From an uncultured Candidatus Rokubacteria bacterium (GTDB lineage: Bacteria; Methylomirabilota; Methylomirabilia; Rokubacteriales; DASRDR01): a DNA stretch of 64,000 nucleotides. Numbering within the stretch: position 1 is the stretch's first letter; the number at the start of each line of letters is the position of its first letter. The stretch is from contig CAWGVS010000012.1 in NCBI GenBank assembly GCA_963826115.1, forward strand, positions 224,001-288,000, in the 5' to 3' direction. The notes beneath the pieces were generated by a model that saw nothing but the letters and a program-made list of their open reading frames with translations, did not search any database and had not been told where the DNA came from. A program made the translations under genes and the position numbers. This document shows, one piece after another, positions 9,807 to 19,666 of the stretch.

Positions 9807-10769
9807 ATGGCAGGCGGAGCGCCGAAATACGCGTGGATGAACGGCAAGGTCGTCCCCTGGGACCAGTGCGTGGTGCACGGCCGGAGCGCCGGCGGCTTCA
9901 TGGGCAGCAACGTGTTCGAGGGGGTCCGGGCCTACTGGAACGCCCGGCAGGGCGAGCTGTTCGTGTTCAAGCACGAGGAGCACCTCCAGCGGCTCGCGCG
10001 CTCGATGAAGACCGTCCGGCTCGAGGTGCCGTATACGCTCCGCGACATCGAGCAGGGGGCGATGGACCTCCTCCGGGCCAACGAGTTCCGCGAGGACGCC
10101 CATTTCGTGCCGGTGGCGTTCTTCGGGATGGGAGCGCAGAACTTCAACACGCTCGGGCCGACGATCGACAACGGCGTCTACATCACGGCGGTGCCCTGGC
10201 CCCAGCCGGCTGCGCTGTCGAACGGCGTGGCGGCCTGCGTCGCCTCGTGGCGGCGCATCAGCGACGACAGCGTGCCTCCGCGGCTCAAGGCGGGCGCCAA
10301 CTACCAGAACAGCCGCCTCGCCCAGACCGAGGCCAAGGTGAACGGCTACGACACCGCGATCATCCTGAACCACCGCGGCACGGTGGCGGAGGGGCCCGGC
10401 GCCTGCCTGATGATGGTGCGGGACGGGAAGCTGGTCACGCCGCCCGTCACCGCGGGCATCCTCGAGAGCATCACCCGGTCCACGCTGATGGACCTCGCGG
10501 TCCGGGAGCTCGGCATCGACGTGGTCGAGCGGGAGATCGACCGGACGGAGCTCTACGCGGCGGACGAGGTGTTCATGTGCGGGAGCGGCCTCGAGGTGCT
10601 GCCCATCACCTCCGTGGACCGTCTCGCGGTCGGGGAGGGCGCGCGCGGGCCCGTCACCCGGCGCATCCAGGACGTCTACTTCGCCGCAGCCCGCGGCGAG
10701 ATGCCGGCCTACCGGCAGTGGCTGACGCCCGTGTATCGCGCGACGCGCCAGCCGGTGCTGGCCGGCTAG
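9807..10769 (+). CDS. Branched-chain amino acid aminotransferase family (PLP class IV)
   Basis: WMNG, VFEGVRAY, EHLQRL, KAGANY, EGPGA, ILESITR, ADEVF; AAGGAGG RBS. Confidence 0.9.
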   Translation: MAGGAPKYAWMNGKVVPWDQCVVHGRSAGGFMGSNVFEGVRAYWNARQGELFVFKHEEHLQRLARSMKTVRLEVPYTLRDIEQGAMDLLRANEFREDAHFVPVAFFGMGAQNFNTLGPTIDNGVYITAVPWPQPAALSNGVAACVASWRRISDDSVPPRLKAGANYQNSRLAQTEAKVNGYDTAIILNHRGTVAEGPGACLMMVRDGKLVTPPVTAGILESITRSTLMDLAVRELGIDVVEREIDRTELYAADEVFMCGSGLEVLPITSVDRLAVGEGARGPVTRRIQDVYFAAARGEMPAYRQWLTPVYRATRQPVLAG

Positions 10770-10772
10770 CGT

Positions 10773-10797
10773 CCCGATCCGCCGCGACGGGATCGGG
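10773..10797. terminator. Hairpin between convergent genes
   Basis: CCCGATCC-N9-GGATCGGG. Confidence 0.4.
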
Positions 10798-10830
10798 CGC
10801 GGCGGTGGCCGCGCCCAGCCCGACCAAGCG

Positions 10831-12069
10831 TCAGGACGGGGCGGCGGCGCGGAAGCTGAACGCGGGGTCGAGGGGCGGCAGCGGGGCGCCGAAGAACAGG
10901 CGCCGCTGGAGCCGGGGAAACAGCCCTGAGCGCACCGCCAGCGGCAGCACCTGCCGGACGACCCACCGTGTCATCGGGCTCCGGCTCCCCGACCCGAGGA
11001 GCGTCTGGCCGGCCCGTCGCTGGAGCGCGTGGAGCGTCCGCACGTCCGGCTCGCGGATCGCCTGGACGCGGGCGAGGGCGTCCTGCGGGATCGGCCCGTG
11101 CCCCAGCCGCGGGTAGATCTCCTGGGCGGCGATCGCGGCCGTCGACAGCGCGACGTTCACGCCGATCGCGCCGGCCGGGCTCATCGTGTGGGCGGCGTCG
11201 CCGATCAGGAGCGCGCCGTGGCGCGCCCATTCGCGTACCAGCAGGATCACGGCCGGCAGCGGGAAGAACGGGGTGAAGTCGCGGAGGCCGGCCGCGAAGT
11301 CCGCGAACAGGGGATCCAGCCGCCGGATCCGCTCGGCGACGGCCGGGACGCCCTCCTGGCGCCAGCTCCGCCAGACCTCCTTCTCGAGGAGGAGCCCCAC
11401 CTGGATCTGGTTCGGGTACTTCGGCAGCATCAGGAGCGGGACCTTGCCGATGGAGAAGTAGATCGTCCGCGGCCAGTCCGCGGGCGGGTCGACGACGAAC
11501 CAGATCACGTCGAAGTCGTCGTGCTCGTACTCGGTGACGAACCCGCCCAGGCGCCGGATCGTGGAGTGACGGCCGTCGGCGCCGACAACCACGTCGGCCC
11601 GCACCTCGAACGCCTCCGCCCCGTGCCGGCGGCCCCGGACCCCCACCACGGCGCCGCTCTCCACGACCAGCTCCGTCACCCGCGCGCCCATCCAGCACTG
11701 GAACCCGGGGTAGAGCGCGCCCTTCCGCTGGAGGGCGTCGAGGAAGACCGGCTGGGGCATCCAGATCGCGTAGGGATACTCCGGGACGACCCGCCGGAAG
11801 TCGAAGCCCCCGGCGGGCTTCCCGTCGACGAGAAGCCGGCCGACGGTCAGGGTGATGTGCGGCTGCGCCTGGACGTACTCGAGGAGTCCGATCTCGTCGA
11901 GGAGCCGCGCCGTGCTCGGCTGCAGGACCTCGCCCCGGAACTCGCGGTCGAAGTTCTCATGCCCCTCGAGCACGACCACCCGGGCCCCGCGCTTCGCCAG
12001 GAGCAAGCCGAGCAGGAGCCCGGCCGGGCCGCCGCCCACCACGCAGACGTCGACACGCGACTCCGCCAT
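10831..12069 (-). CDS. FAD-dependent oxidoreductase/monooxygenase (UbiH/FAD_binding_3 type)
   Basis: GGGPAG, VVGADG, IGDAAH..SPAGAIGVN. Confidence 0.9.
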   Translation of the reverse strand: MAESRVDVCVVGGGPAGLLLGLLLAKRGARVVVLEGHENFDREFRGEVLQPSTARLLDEIGLLEYVQAQPHITLTVGRLLVDGKPAGGFDFRRVVPEYPYAIWMPQPVFLDALQRKGALYPGFQCWMGARVTELVVESGAVVGVRGRRHGAEAFEVRADVVVGADGRHSTIRRLGGFVTEYEHDDFDVIWFVVDPPADWPRTIYFSIGKVPLLMLPKYPNQIQVGLLLEKEVWRSWRQEGVPAVAERIRRLDPLFADFAAGLRDFTPFFPLPAVILLVREWARHGALLIGDAAHTMSPAGAIGVNVALSTAAIAAQEIYPRLGHGPIPQDALARVQAIREPDVRTLHALQRRAGQTLLGSGSRSPMTRWVVRQVLPLAVRSGLFPRLQRRLFFGAPLPPLDPAFSFRAAAPS

Positions 12070-12124
12070 GCCGATTCCCTGCGTCGATCATAGGGCGCGG
12101 GCCCGCCCGGCGGAAGGGCCGCGC

Positions 12125-12616
12125 CTACAGGAGGCGACGGACTCCGGTCAGCGCGGCGAAGGGGGCGAACACGCGCAGGTTGTTGCTCCCGGGATCGAGC
12201 GGCACGAAGAAGAGGCCCGCGCGATGCCGGTCCAGCTGTCGCGTGTGCCCGACGAGCTCCTCCCCGTCCCGGAAACGCACGCTCACCTTGCGAGTGTCCG
12301 GCGGGCGGGGCTGGTAGAGGTCCTTGGACTCGTCGCGGCTCGGGTCGCCGTCGAAGCTCCGCACGAAGAACACGGCCTTGAGGTCCGTCATGGCGACCTC
12401 GACCCCGTCGCTGTCCGGATCCGACAGCGGGGCGACCCGGAACGTCGGCTGCTCCGGGTCGAGGTCGGCGTAGCCCTTCAGGACTCGCCCGTCCGCATAC
12501 CGGACGACGACCCGCCCGGGACTCCGGCTGACCCAGAGCCGGCGGCGCCGCGGCGGCGCGGGCTCGTCGAGGGCGGCGGGCCCGCGCCGGCCGACACGGT
12601 CCCCCTCTGCGGCCAT
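12125..12616 (-). CDS. DUF6982-like protein
   Basis: Two repeats: VVVRYADGRVLKG...LKAVFFV and VSVRFRDGEELVG...PLDPGSNNLRVF. Confidence 0.7.
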   Translation of the reverse strand: MAAEGDRVGRRGPAALDEPAPPRRRRLWVSRSPGRVVVRYADGRVLKGYADLDPEQPTFRVAPLSDPDSDGVEVAMTDLKAVFFVRSFDGDPSRDESKDLYQPRPPDTRKVSVRFRDGEELVGHTRQLDRHRAGLFFVPLDPGSNNLRVFAPFAALTGVRRLL

Positions 12617-12714
12617 GTCAATTCCACCGTAGCAGGCCCTTCGGGCGCGGCCCGCAGAATTGTGCCGGCCCCAGCCAGACCGGACCGCGTCGAGGACGCG
12701 CCGGGCGCGGCGCG

Positions 12715-13734
12715 CTACTCGGCGTCGGCCGCGCGATCCGGCCGACAGACCCCCTCGATTCCGGACCCTCGATGCGGCCGGACGTCGGCGCCCCGGAGCG
12801 CGTCGCCGACGCGCACGGCTTCCCGCCGGAGCCGGAGCCCCACGACTCGCACCAGCATTCCGATGCCCTCCTGATGCCCCACCCGCCGCGCGGATCCGAT
12901 GGCGCGACGGAGCCCGGAGCCCAGCCCCGCACCCCGGTCTCTCTGCCCCTCCGCCGGGACTCGCCCCGGAGGGCGCCGAGGGCCCGGCGCCGTCAACGCG
13001 CGACGACACACGGGTCCGGCTTCCTCGCACAGGGCGTGATAGACCTCGGCCACCTCGGTGGGCCACGCCCCGGCGCCGGGGCCCGCGTGCCAGCCGTCGC
13101 CAGGCGAGACGATCGCGCAGGCCCGGGCGATCGTCTCCGGGGATAGCGAGAGCCCCAGGGCGCCCGTCACGCGCTCGAGCTCCGCCGGCGCGTCGTGGAG
13201 GTACGCGGCGTAGTGCGTCACCACGCGACGCTCGACCGGCGTGGCCGCCAGCACCTGGCGGTTGTACGCCAGCCAGAGCGCCCAGCCGTCGACGCCCGGA
13301 CGGCGGCCGCGACGACCGAGCGAGGCGACGATCTCGGACGGGTCGCGGACACACACCACGACGCGAAGGTCCGGGATCATCGCGAGCCAGAACGGCAGGG
13401 TCAACGAGTTTCGCGGATCCTTCCAAAACCAGGGCTCCCGGCCGCGATAGCCCGCGAGCAGCCTCTCGGCGCGCTGGCGGAGGCGGGACAGCCGCGGGCT
13501 CGACGCCCAGCCGGGGGGCAGGACTGGTGGCCGATCCCAGAACCCGCCGAACCGGGCCAGGATGTCGTCGTTGAGGCGCAGGAACTGGAGGTTTTCCCCG
13601 AACCCGTCGGCATTGTCCGGAGCCGGCGCCACCAGCTGGGTCGGCGGGCCGCAATAGAGACCGCTCGCCGCGAGGAGCCGGGCGACCAGCGAGGTACCGG
13701 AGCGATGCATGCCCGCGACACACGCCGCCGGCAT
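12715..13734 (-). CDS. Sulfotransferase family protein
   Basis: PAPS-binding GMHRSGTS, WFWKDPR..LTLPFW, VRDP...SL. Confidence 0.85.
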   Translation of the reverse strand: MPAACVAGMHRSGTSLVARLLAASGLYCGPPTQLVAPAPDNADGFGENLQFLRLNDDILARFGGFWDRPPVLPPGWASSPRLSRLRQRAERLLAGYRGREPWFWKDPRNSLTLPFWLAMIPDLRVVVCVRDPSEIVASLGRRGRRPGVDGWALWLAYNRQVLAATPVERRVVTHYAAYLHDAPAELERVTGALGLSLSPETIARACAIVSPGDGWHAGPGAGAWPTEVAEVYHALCEEAGPVCRRALTAPGPRRPPGRVPAEGQRDRGAGLGSGLRRAIGSARRVGHQEGIGMLVRVVGLRLRREAVRVGDALRGADVRPHRGSGIEGVCRPDRAADAE

Positions 13735-13744
13735 CAGGCGCCTC

Positions 13745-14641
13745 TCAGCCCCGGCACCAGTGCGTCAGGTCGCGGCCCAGCATCGCGCCGAGCCGCGTCA
13801 CCTCGGGGAGGACGTCGGCCTGGAGTCGCCGTCGCAGCTCCGGGGCCATCGGCGCCCGCGGCGCCGCGCGGCTGTTCAGGCGCCGGAGCCGCGCCAGGAG
13901 ACCGGCGCGCGCGGGCCGGTCCAGCACGGCGCGGCCAAGCCACCGGAGTGCGCGAGGCGGCTCGTGGATGGCGCGGGCCAGTCGCGCGCTTCGCGACCGC
14001 CGGTGGGCGTTCTCTGCGCCGACCGCGCCCGCAACGTCGGACCGAACGCCCAGGAACTCGAGCGTGGCCCGGCCGACCGCCGCGGCGTCCGCCCGGAGGT
14101 CGTCGTAGACGATCACGTGGACGCGGGCGCGGCCGAACGCCTCGAGGTAGCGGGCCAGCTGGTCCGGGTAGCGAACGACCGAGCGATACAGGCCGGCGTC
14201 CCGCATGCCGCGGCGGGGCAGGCCCTGGCCGGCGCGGCGCGCGGGCTCCGCGTCCAGCGCCGCCGCGAAGTCGGCGACGTCCTCGCTGCCCTGGAGCCGC
14301 CGCTCGGCATGGAGGGCCTGCATGACGTCGACCGGATTCCGCAGCATGACGATGATGCGCGCGTCGGGGCTGAACCCCCGGATCTCCGTCGCCGCTCGCG
14401 TCGAGTAGAGATACCAGACCGACCCTTCCCCCGCGAGACGGTGGTCACGCGCCCCGGCGAAGCACGCGAGGTACTCAGGCTCGCCGAGGGGCGCCCGGTC
14501 CGCGAAGCAGAGGTCCGTCCCGAAGAAGTGCGGCTCCTTGAGCGGCGACATGAAGATATCGGGATGCCGCCCGAGATAGGCGTACAGCGCGGTCGTCCCG
14601 CACTTGGGCGCTCCCACGATGAAGAGGTCGGGCCGTCTCAT
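13745..14641 (-). CDS. Sulfotransferase (Sulfotransfer_1 type)
   Basis: PDLFIVGAPKCGTTAL..YL..HPDI...KEPHFF, LRNPVD; ATG overlaps the upstream stop. Confidence 0.9.
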   Translation of the reverse strand: MRRPDLFIVGAPKCGTTALYAYLGRHPDIFMSPLKEPHFFGTDLCFADRAPLGEPEYLACFAGARDHRLAGEGSVWYLYSTRAATEIRGFSPDARIIVMLRNPVDVMQALHAERRLQGSEDVADFAAALDAEPARRAGQGLPRRGMRDAGLYRSVVRYPDQLARYLEAFGRARVHVIVYDDLRADAAAVGRATLEFLGVRSDVAGAVGAENAHRRSRSARLARAIHEPPRALRWLGRAVLDRPARAGLLARLRRLNSRAAPRAPMAPELRRRLQADVLPEVTRLGAMLGRDLTHWCRG

Positions 14642-15774
14642 CCGGCGCCCTCGGCGACGCTCGAGCGCGGCGGCCGGCCCACTGTTGGGGCGCGCCGGGG
14701 CGCGCTGGCCGCGGCCGGCGCGGGACGGCCGATCACCGCCCGGAAGAGCGCGACGTACCGCTCGGCCGTCATCCGCCACGTGAACTGCCGCGCGCGCAGA
14801 AGCCCCCGCTCGCGCAGCGAGCCATGGAGCGTCGCGTCCCGCATCCGCTCCATGGCGCCGGCGATCGCCGACGCCGAGCGCGGGTCGACCAGCAGCGCCG
14901 CGTCTCCCGCGATCTCCGGACACGCGCTGACGTCGGATGTGATCACGGGGCATCCGCACGCCATCGCTTCCAGGATGGGGTGCCCGAAAGTCTCGTGCAA
15001 CGAGGGAAACACGAGGGCCCGCGCCCCGCGGTACCAGCGCGCCAGGTCGGCATGGGCCAGCGTCTCGGGAATCAGGCGCACCCCCTCGATCCCGGCCGGC
15101 CCTCCGGGCCAGCCGGGGACGACCGCGACCAGGTCGGGCCGAGTGGCCCGCGGGAGGCTCGCGTAGGCGGCGAGCAGGGCCGTGAGGTTCTTCCGCGGCG
15201 AGTACTGCGCCACCGTGAGGAAGTACGGTCGCGCGCCCGTCGTCGGCGGGCCCTCGCCGTCGGGCCGGAACGTGGCCAGCGAGACGCCCGGATAGATGCG
15301 GTGAAGCCTCGCCGCCGGCACGCCGAAGACCTGCCCGACCTCGCGCATCCCGAAGTCCGACACGCCCACGACGACGCCGTTGACGCGGGTGTTGAGCCAG
15401 CGCCAGTCCCTCCGCGCGCGGCGCTTCCGGAGCTGCCCCCCCAGCGCCCGCGCGCGAGTCCGCCAGACGTCGCGCCACGCCAGGACGAACGCCGCGGCGC
15501 CGTGGGCCGTCACGACGATCGGGGCGCTGGCCGGCAGGTCCCGCAGGCGGCGCGGCCCGCGCGTCCCGGCAATCCCCGGATCCCAGAGCAGATCCGCGCC
15601 GGGAGGCGGGCATGCGCCTTCCGGGACGGCCGTCGGGGTGCAGCCGAGCGGGGCGAGCTCTCCGACGATCGCTTCTCGCGCGTGGGCGAGACTCAGCGCG
15701 TCGCGCGGCCGCGTGACCACGGCCACCGCCAGCGGACGGTCGGCAGCGGGGAGACCGGCGGCCGCGCCTCTCAT
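14638..15774 (-). CDS. Glycosyltransferase family 4
   Basis: RKNL, FPSLHETFGHPILEAMACGCPVITSD, FTW; ATGA overlap. Confidence 0.9.
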   Translation of the reverse strand: MRGAAAGLPAADRPLAVAVVTRPRDALSLAHAREAIVGELAPLGCTPTAVPEGACPPPGADLLWDPGIAGTRGPRRLRDLPASAPIVVTAHGAAAFVLAWRDVWRTRARALGGQLRKRRARRDWRWLNTRVNGVVVGVSDFGMREVGQVFGVPAARLHRIYPGVSLATFRPDGEGPPTTGARPYFLTVAQYSPRKNLTALLAAYASLPRATRPDLVAVVPGWPGGPAGIEGVRLIPETLAHADLARWYRGARALVFPSLHETFGHPILEAMACGCPVITSDVSACPEIAGDAALLVDPRSASAIAGAMERMRDATLHGSLRERGLLRARQFTWRMTAERYVALFRAVIGRPAPAAASAPRRAPTVGRPPRSSVAEGAG

Positions 15775-17114
15775 CGCGTGCGGGGTTGCGCCGAGGCGGG
15801 CGCGGACTCCGCCGAGGTGCCCGCGGACGCCCCGTCGAGCGCGAACCGATACGCCGCCAGGAGCGCGGCCGACGTGCGCTCCGGCGAGAAGTCGCGCGCC
15901 ATCTTCGCCCGACCGTACGCGCCCATCTCTCGCGCCCGATCCGGCGAGTCGAGAATGGCCCGGATCCGGCCACACAGCTCCTCTCGCTCCTGGCTCTCGA
16001 GGAGAAAGCCGTTCCGGCCGTCCTCGATCACGTCGGGCACGCCGCCCACGTTCGTGCCGATGACGGGAACGCCGTGCGCGGAGGCCTCCATGAGCATCCG
16101 CCCCAGGGCCTCGTAGAACACGCCCGCCATGATGACGACGTCGGCCGCCGCGTAGTACGGGCCGAGCGCCTCGTTCGTGATTGCCCCCAGGAACCGCGCG
16201 CGCGCCCCGAGCCCGAGCGCGGTCGCCTCCGCCCGCAGCGCGGCCTCGTGGCGTCCCCGTCCGATCACGAGCAGCGTCGTGCCCGGGAGCGCCGGCATCG
16301 CGCGGATGACGTTCTGGACGCCCTTCTCCTCGACGAGCCGCCCGGCGTACATGAGCACACCAGCGTCGCGGGGGATCGCGAGCGCCGCCCGCGCGCTCTC
16401 CGGGACCTCCGCCGGAACGCGAACCGCGTTGGGGACGACCCGGACGCGATCGGGCGGAAAGCCGAACCGCACGAGGTCCCGAGCCAGCCCCCGGCTGATC
16501 GGGAGGAACGCCGACGCGCCCCGGACGCTCCGCGCGAGCTGCGCCATGTGCGGATAGCTGTAGAGCCAGAACAGGACCGCCCGCGCGTGGCCGCCGAGAC
16601 CGCGCCCGCCGCGCCAGTCGAGGATGGCCCGGAGGCGCCGGAGGCCGCGGCAGCCGAGGCAGTCCCGCCCCGCGCGATCCCGCCCGATGCTGGTCGGGCA
16701 GAGTAGATGCGGCTCGTTGACCGTCACCACATACGGGAGCCGCCGGCGCCGGGCGGCCCGCGCGACCCCCGGCACGGCGCGGCTGCCGAAGGCGTGCAAG
16801 AGGCCGGGCCGGAACTCCTCGAGGACCGATCCGAGCCCCCGTCCGATCTCGTGGTGGAGCCACTGGCGCTCCGCGAACGGTCCAGCCCCCGGGAGACTCC
16901 GCATCGGGAGCCGCGTCAACCGGACGCCGTCGAGGAGCTCGTCGCTCCGCGGCCGGCCGCGCACGAAGCTGACGACCCGCACGTCGGCGCCAGCCTCCAC
17001 CAGCGCCCGGGCCTGCTCGCGCACGCTGATCGGCCCGCCGCCGATCGGGTCGGACGACGACACCTCGGGATGACACCGGAAGGAGACCAGGAGGACCGGC
17101 GGGAGCGGCGTCAT
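15771..17114 (-). CDS. Glycosyltransferase family 4
   Basis: GRLVEEKG, EALGRMLMEA..GVPVIG..GG; CPT...CLGC segment; ATGA overlap. Confidence 0.9.
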   Translation of the reverse strand: MTPLPPVLLVSFRCHPEVSSSDPIGGGPISVREQARALVEAGADVRVVSFVRGRPRSDELLDGVRLTRLPMRSLPGAGPFAERQWLHHEIGRGLGSVLEEFRPGLLHAFGSRAVPGVARAARRRRLPYVVTVNEPHLLCPTSIGRDRAGRDCLGCRGLRRLRAILDWRGGRGLGGHARAVLFWLYSYPHMAQLARSVRGASAFLPISRGLARDLVRFGFPPDRVRVVPNAVRVPAEVPESARAALAIPRDAGVLMYAGRLVEEKGVQNVIRAMPALPGTTLLVIGRGRHEAALRAEATALGLGARARFLGAITNEALGPYYAAADVVIMAGVFYEALGRMLMEASAHGVPVIGTNVGGVPDVIEDGRNGFLLESQEREELCGRIRAILDSPDRAREMGAYGRAKMARDFSPERTSAALLAAYRFALDGASAGTSAESAPASAQPRTR

Positions 17115-19480
17115 CGCTGGCCCGAACCGGGCCCGCCGTCGAAGCGCAGCGTGAATCGCACGGCGCCCGCCACGACCGCCAGACAGCCCGGCTCGGGGCA
17201 GGACGCGGTGGGCGGCGGCGCGACCGGCTCCCCCGGGACCTCGGCGGACAGCGCGTGGCAGGCCAGGGCCGGATCCGACGCCGACCGGGCCGTCGCGTCG
17301 ACGAGGTCCACGCGGACCGCGCGACCGCGCGGGTTGGTGACCGTCGGGCCCATCCGCGGCGCGACGGCGAGCCCGGACGAGACGTGGAGGACCGTGGCCA
17401 CGACGGCGCCCCCGGGCCCGGCCGCTCGCACCTGCCCGGACGGCGTCACCGACACGGTCCAGCCGTCGTCGGCCCGGAAGGCCGCGGCGACCAGGCCCCG
17501 CACGGTGAGGCCGCGGTGGGCGCCGACGGGCCGGACCCGAGTGGCGACCACGACCGTCCGGCCCACGAACGCGTACAGGCGGTCCACGTCGGCGCCACCG
17601 TACCGGTGGCGCAGGTGGATCGTCGGTACCGGCCCGGCGACGGCCCGGAGCGCGCCACGGCCGAAGGCCGCGGCGTCGCTGACGAGCGGCAGATCCGTGA
17701 TGGCCCCCGGGCCGGCGGCGGGCGGGTGGTCGAGGATGGGCAGGAGCGCGCCGCGGCCGGCGAGCCCTAGCTGCGCGAGGCCCGCGACGCCGGTCCGATG
17801 GGTCCGGCCGCTCCAGAGGTAGGAGGGCGCGCAGCCCGAAAAGACGACGCCGTACAGGTCGTCCGTCCGGACCGCCGCGAAACCGGAGTCGTCGAGGACC
17901 CGCAGGTAGCCGGGCCGGTCCATCGGCAGCGGCGCCTCCTCGATCGGCGCCTCGTGCAACCGCGCGGCCTTCTGGAGGAGCGTCGCGACCAGCGCGTTGT
18001 ACGGCGTCTCGCAGTGGTTCCAGGCGACGCGCTCGGCGACGAGCCGGTTCATCGCGGTGGGGAGCATCCCGTCGGGCTGCTGCCAGGGCGCGAGCTGCTC
18101 GGCCAGGAGCCGCGCGCCCCGCCGGTACGCGCCGGCCTCGGCCGGATGGTAGGCGCGCAGCCGGGCGGCCGCCTCGAACGCGAGCACGGCGCTCGCCACG
18201 TGGTAGACGTTGTTCCCGCCGCGCCCGACGTAGGCGATCTCGCCGTCCGGGGTCGTGAGCGCGAGCGAGAGGGCCGCGCCCGCGAGGAACCGCCGGCACG
18301 CCTCGGGATCGTCCCGCCACGCCAGCCCCTGGGCCAGCGACGCGAGGCTGTACTGGTGGTAGGTGAGGTCGTGCGCGTCGGGATAGTGGACGTAGTTGTC
18401 CTGGATCAGACCCTCCGCGGTCTGGTCGCGCCGCACGCGCGCCAGGCACCGCTCGATCGACGCCTCGTCCTCGGTCGCCACCGCGGCGCGCGCCGCGCGC
18501 CAGTGGAATCGGAGCGCGAACACGTTGGTGGGGTTGTAGGTGCCCTCGGCGAACCGCCCGATGAGCGCTCGCGACACCGCCAGCTCGTCGGCGTCGAGCA
18601 GGCCGGCCGGCGCGAGCAGCGACTCGACCGTCTCGAGGAATGCGGGGTTCTTGAAATCCGAGTGGTGGAACGCGAACGCGGTGGCGGCGTACTGCGGGTA
18701 GACGCGACGGACAAAGGCGAGAGCGGCCCGGGCCGCCTCGAGGTACGCCGGGCCGCCTCCCTGCCGGTAGTGCCAGGCGAAGGCGTAGGCCGCGTATGCG
18801 TCCGCGTACTGGTTGCCCGCCACCTGCGGGGGCAGCCGCACGCCCTCGCTGTTCAGGTGACGGTCGTAGATGCCGCCCGCGTCGTACGCCTCGAGATCGA
18901 GCCGGCGGCCCGCCGGGTCGATCCGCCGGAGGCGCCACGTCACGCCCTCCACCTCCGAGAGCTCGAACGCAGGCAGCCGTTCGAACCGCAAGAGCCGCGC
19001 CTTCACCATCGCGCGGGCGGTTGGCCGGAACCGACGGAGCCCGGCCTTGAGCCAGGCCACGGGCCCGCCGGCCGGCGGCCGGACGCCGCGGAACCCGGGC
19101 AGGCCGCTGACCCGCCCGACAAGGTCCACGCGGAAGAGCTCGCCCTCGCTCAGCGGCCCTCGTCGCTCGCCCCGGTGCTCGCTCCACACCCGCCACGCGC
19201 CGCCCTCGGCGCGAGCAATGAGCGGGACGGAGAGTGGCTCGGCGCTGCCTCGAAGCGGCCGCGTCGTGAGCGTTCCCGAAAGCTCGCCACCGGGCCCCGG
19301 TGCCAGCGCGACGACGCTGTCCACCGTGGTCACCTGGCTCGTGAACAGGAACTCGACGAGCCGGCGGGTGAGCGGCTCGTACGCCGCGAAGCCGGCAGGA
19401 CACCCGGCTCCGGGTACGGGAGCCGTCCGGAGTTCCCGGAGCGCGGGCAGTCCCGGTGATCCGTGGCGGTCGGCGCTCAC
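17111..19480 (-). CDS. Large hypothetical protein, heparinase II/III-like (alpha/alpha toroid plus beta domain); start uncertain
   Basis: Helical core with TYHQY, PDG..YVGRG, QQPDG, followed by DSGFAAVR and a beta-rich C-terminus. Confidence 0.55.
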   Translation of the reverse strand: MSADRHGSPGLPALRELRTAPVPGAGCPAGFAAYEPLTRRLVEFLFTSQVTTVDSVVALAPGPGGELSGTLTTRPLRGSAEPLSVPLIARAEGGAWRVWSEHRGERRGPLSEGELFRVDLVGRVSGLPGFRGVRPPAGGPVAWLKAGLRRFRPTARAMVKARLLRFERLPAFELSEVEGVTWRLRRIDPAGRRLDLEAYDAGGIYDRHLNSEGVRLPPQVAGNQYADAYAAYAFAWHYRQGGGPAYLEAARAALAFVRRVYPQYAATAFAFHHSDFKNPAFLETVESLLAPAGLLDADELAVSRALIGRFAEGTYNPTNVFALRFHWRAARAAVATEDEASIERCLARVRRDQTAEGLIQDNYVHYPDAHDLTYHQYSLASLAQGLAWRDDPEACRRFLAGAALSLALTTPDGEIAYVGRGGNNVYHVASAVLAFEAAARLRAYHPAEAGAYRRGARLLAEQLAPWQQPDGMLPTAMNRLVAERVAWNHCETPYNALVATLLQKAARLHEAPIEEAPLPMDRPGYLRVLDDSGFAAVRTDDLYGVVFSGCAPSYLWSGRTHRTGVAGLAQLGLAGRGALLPILDHPPAAGPGAITDLPLVSDAAAFGRGALRAVAGPVPTIHLRHRYGGADVDRLYAFVGRTVVVATRVRPVGAHRGLTVRGLVAAAFRADDGWTVSVTPSGQVRAAGPGGAVVATVLHVSSGLAVAPRMGPTVTNPRGRAVRVDLVDATARSASDPALACHALSAEVPGEPVAPPPTASCPEPGCLAVVAGAVRFTLRFDGGPGSGQR

Positions 19481-19666
19481 GGGAGGCGGATCAGCGGCCC
19501 GACCTCGCCGCGCGTCGCTGTCCCCGCAACGAACCGCGCGTGGCCAGGGGGAGGAGGAGGTCGCGGGCGCGAGCGGCGGCGCGGCCGGGCGGCGAGCATG
19601 CCCTACTCTACCGCCGCCCCGGGACGCGTTTCGAGCCGTCCGGTCGCCGTCGGCTAGACTGGATAC

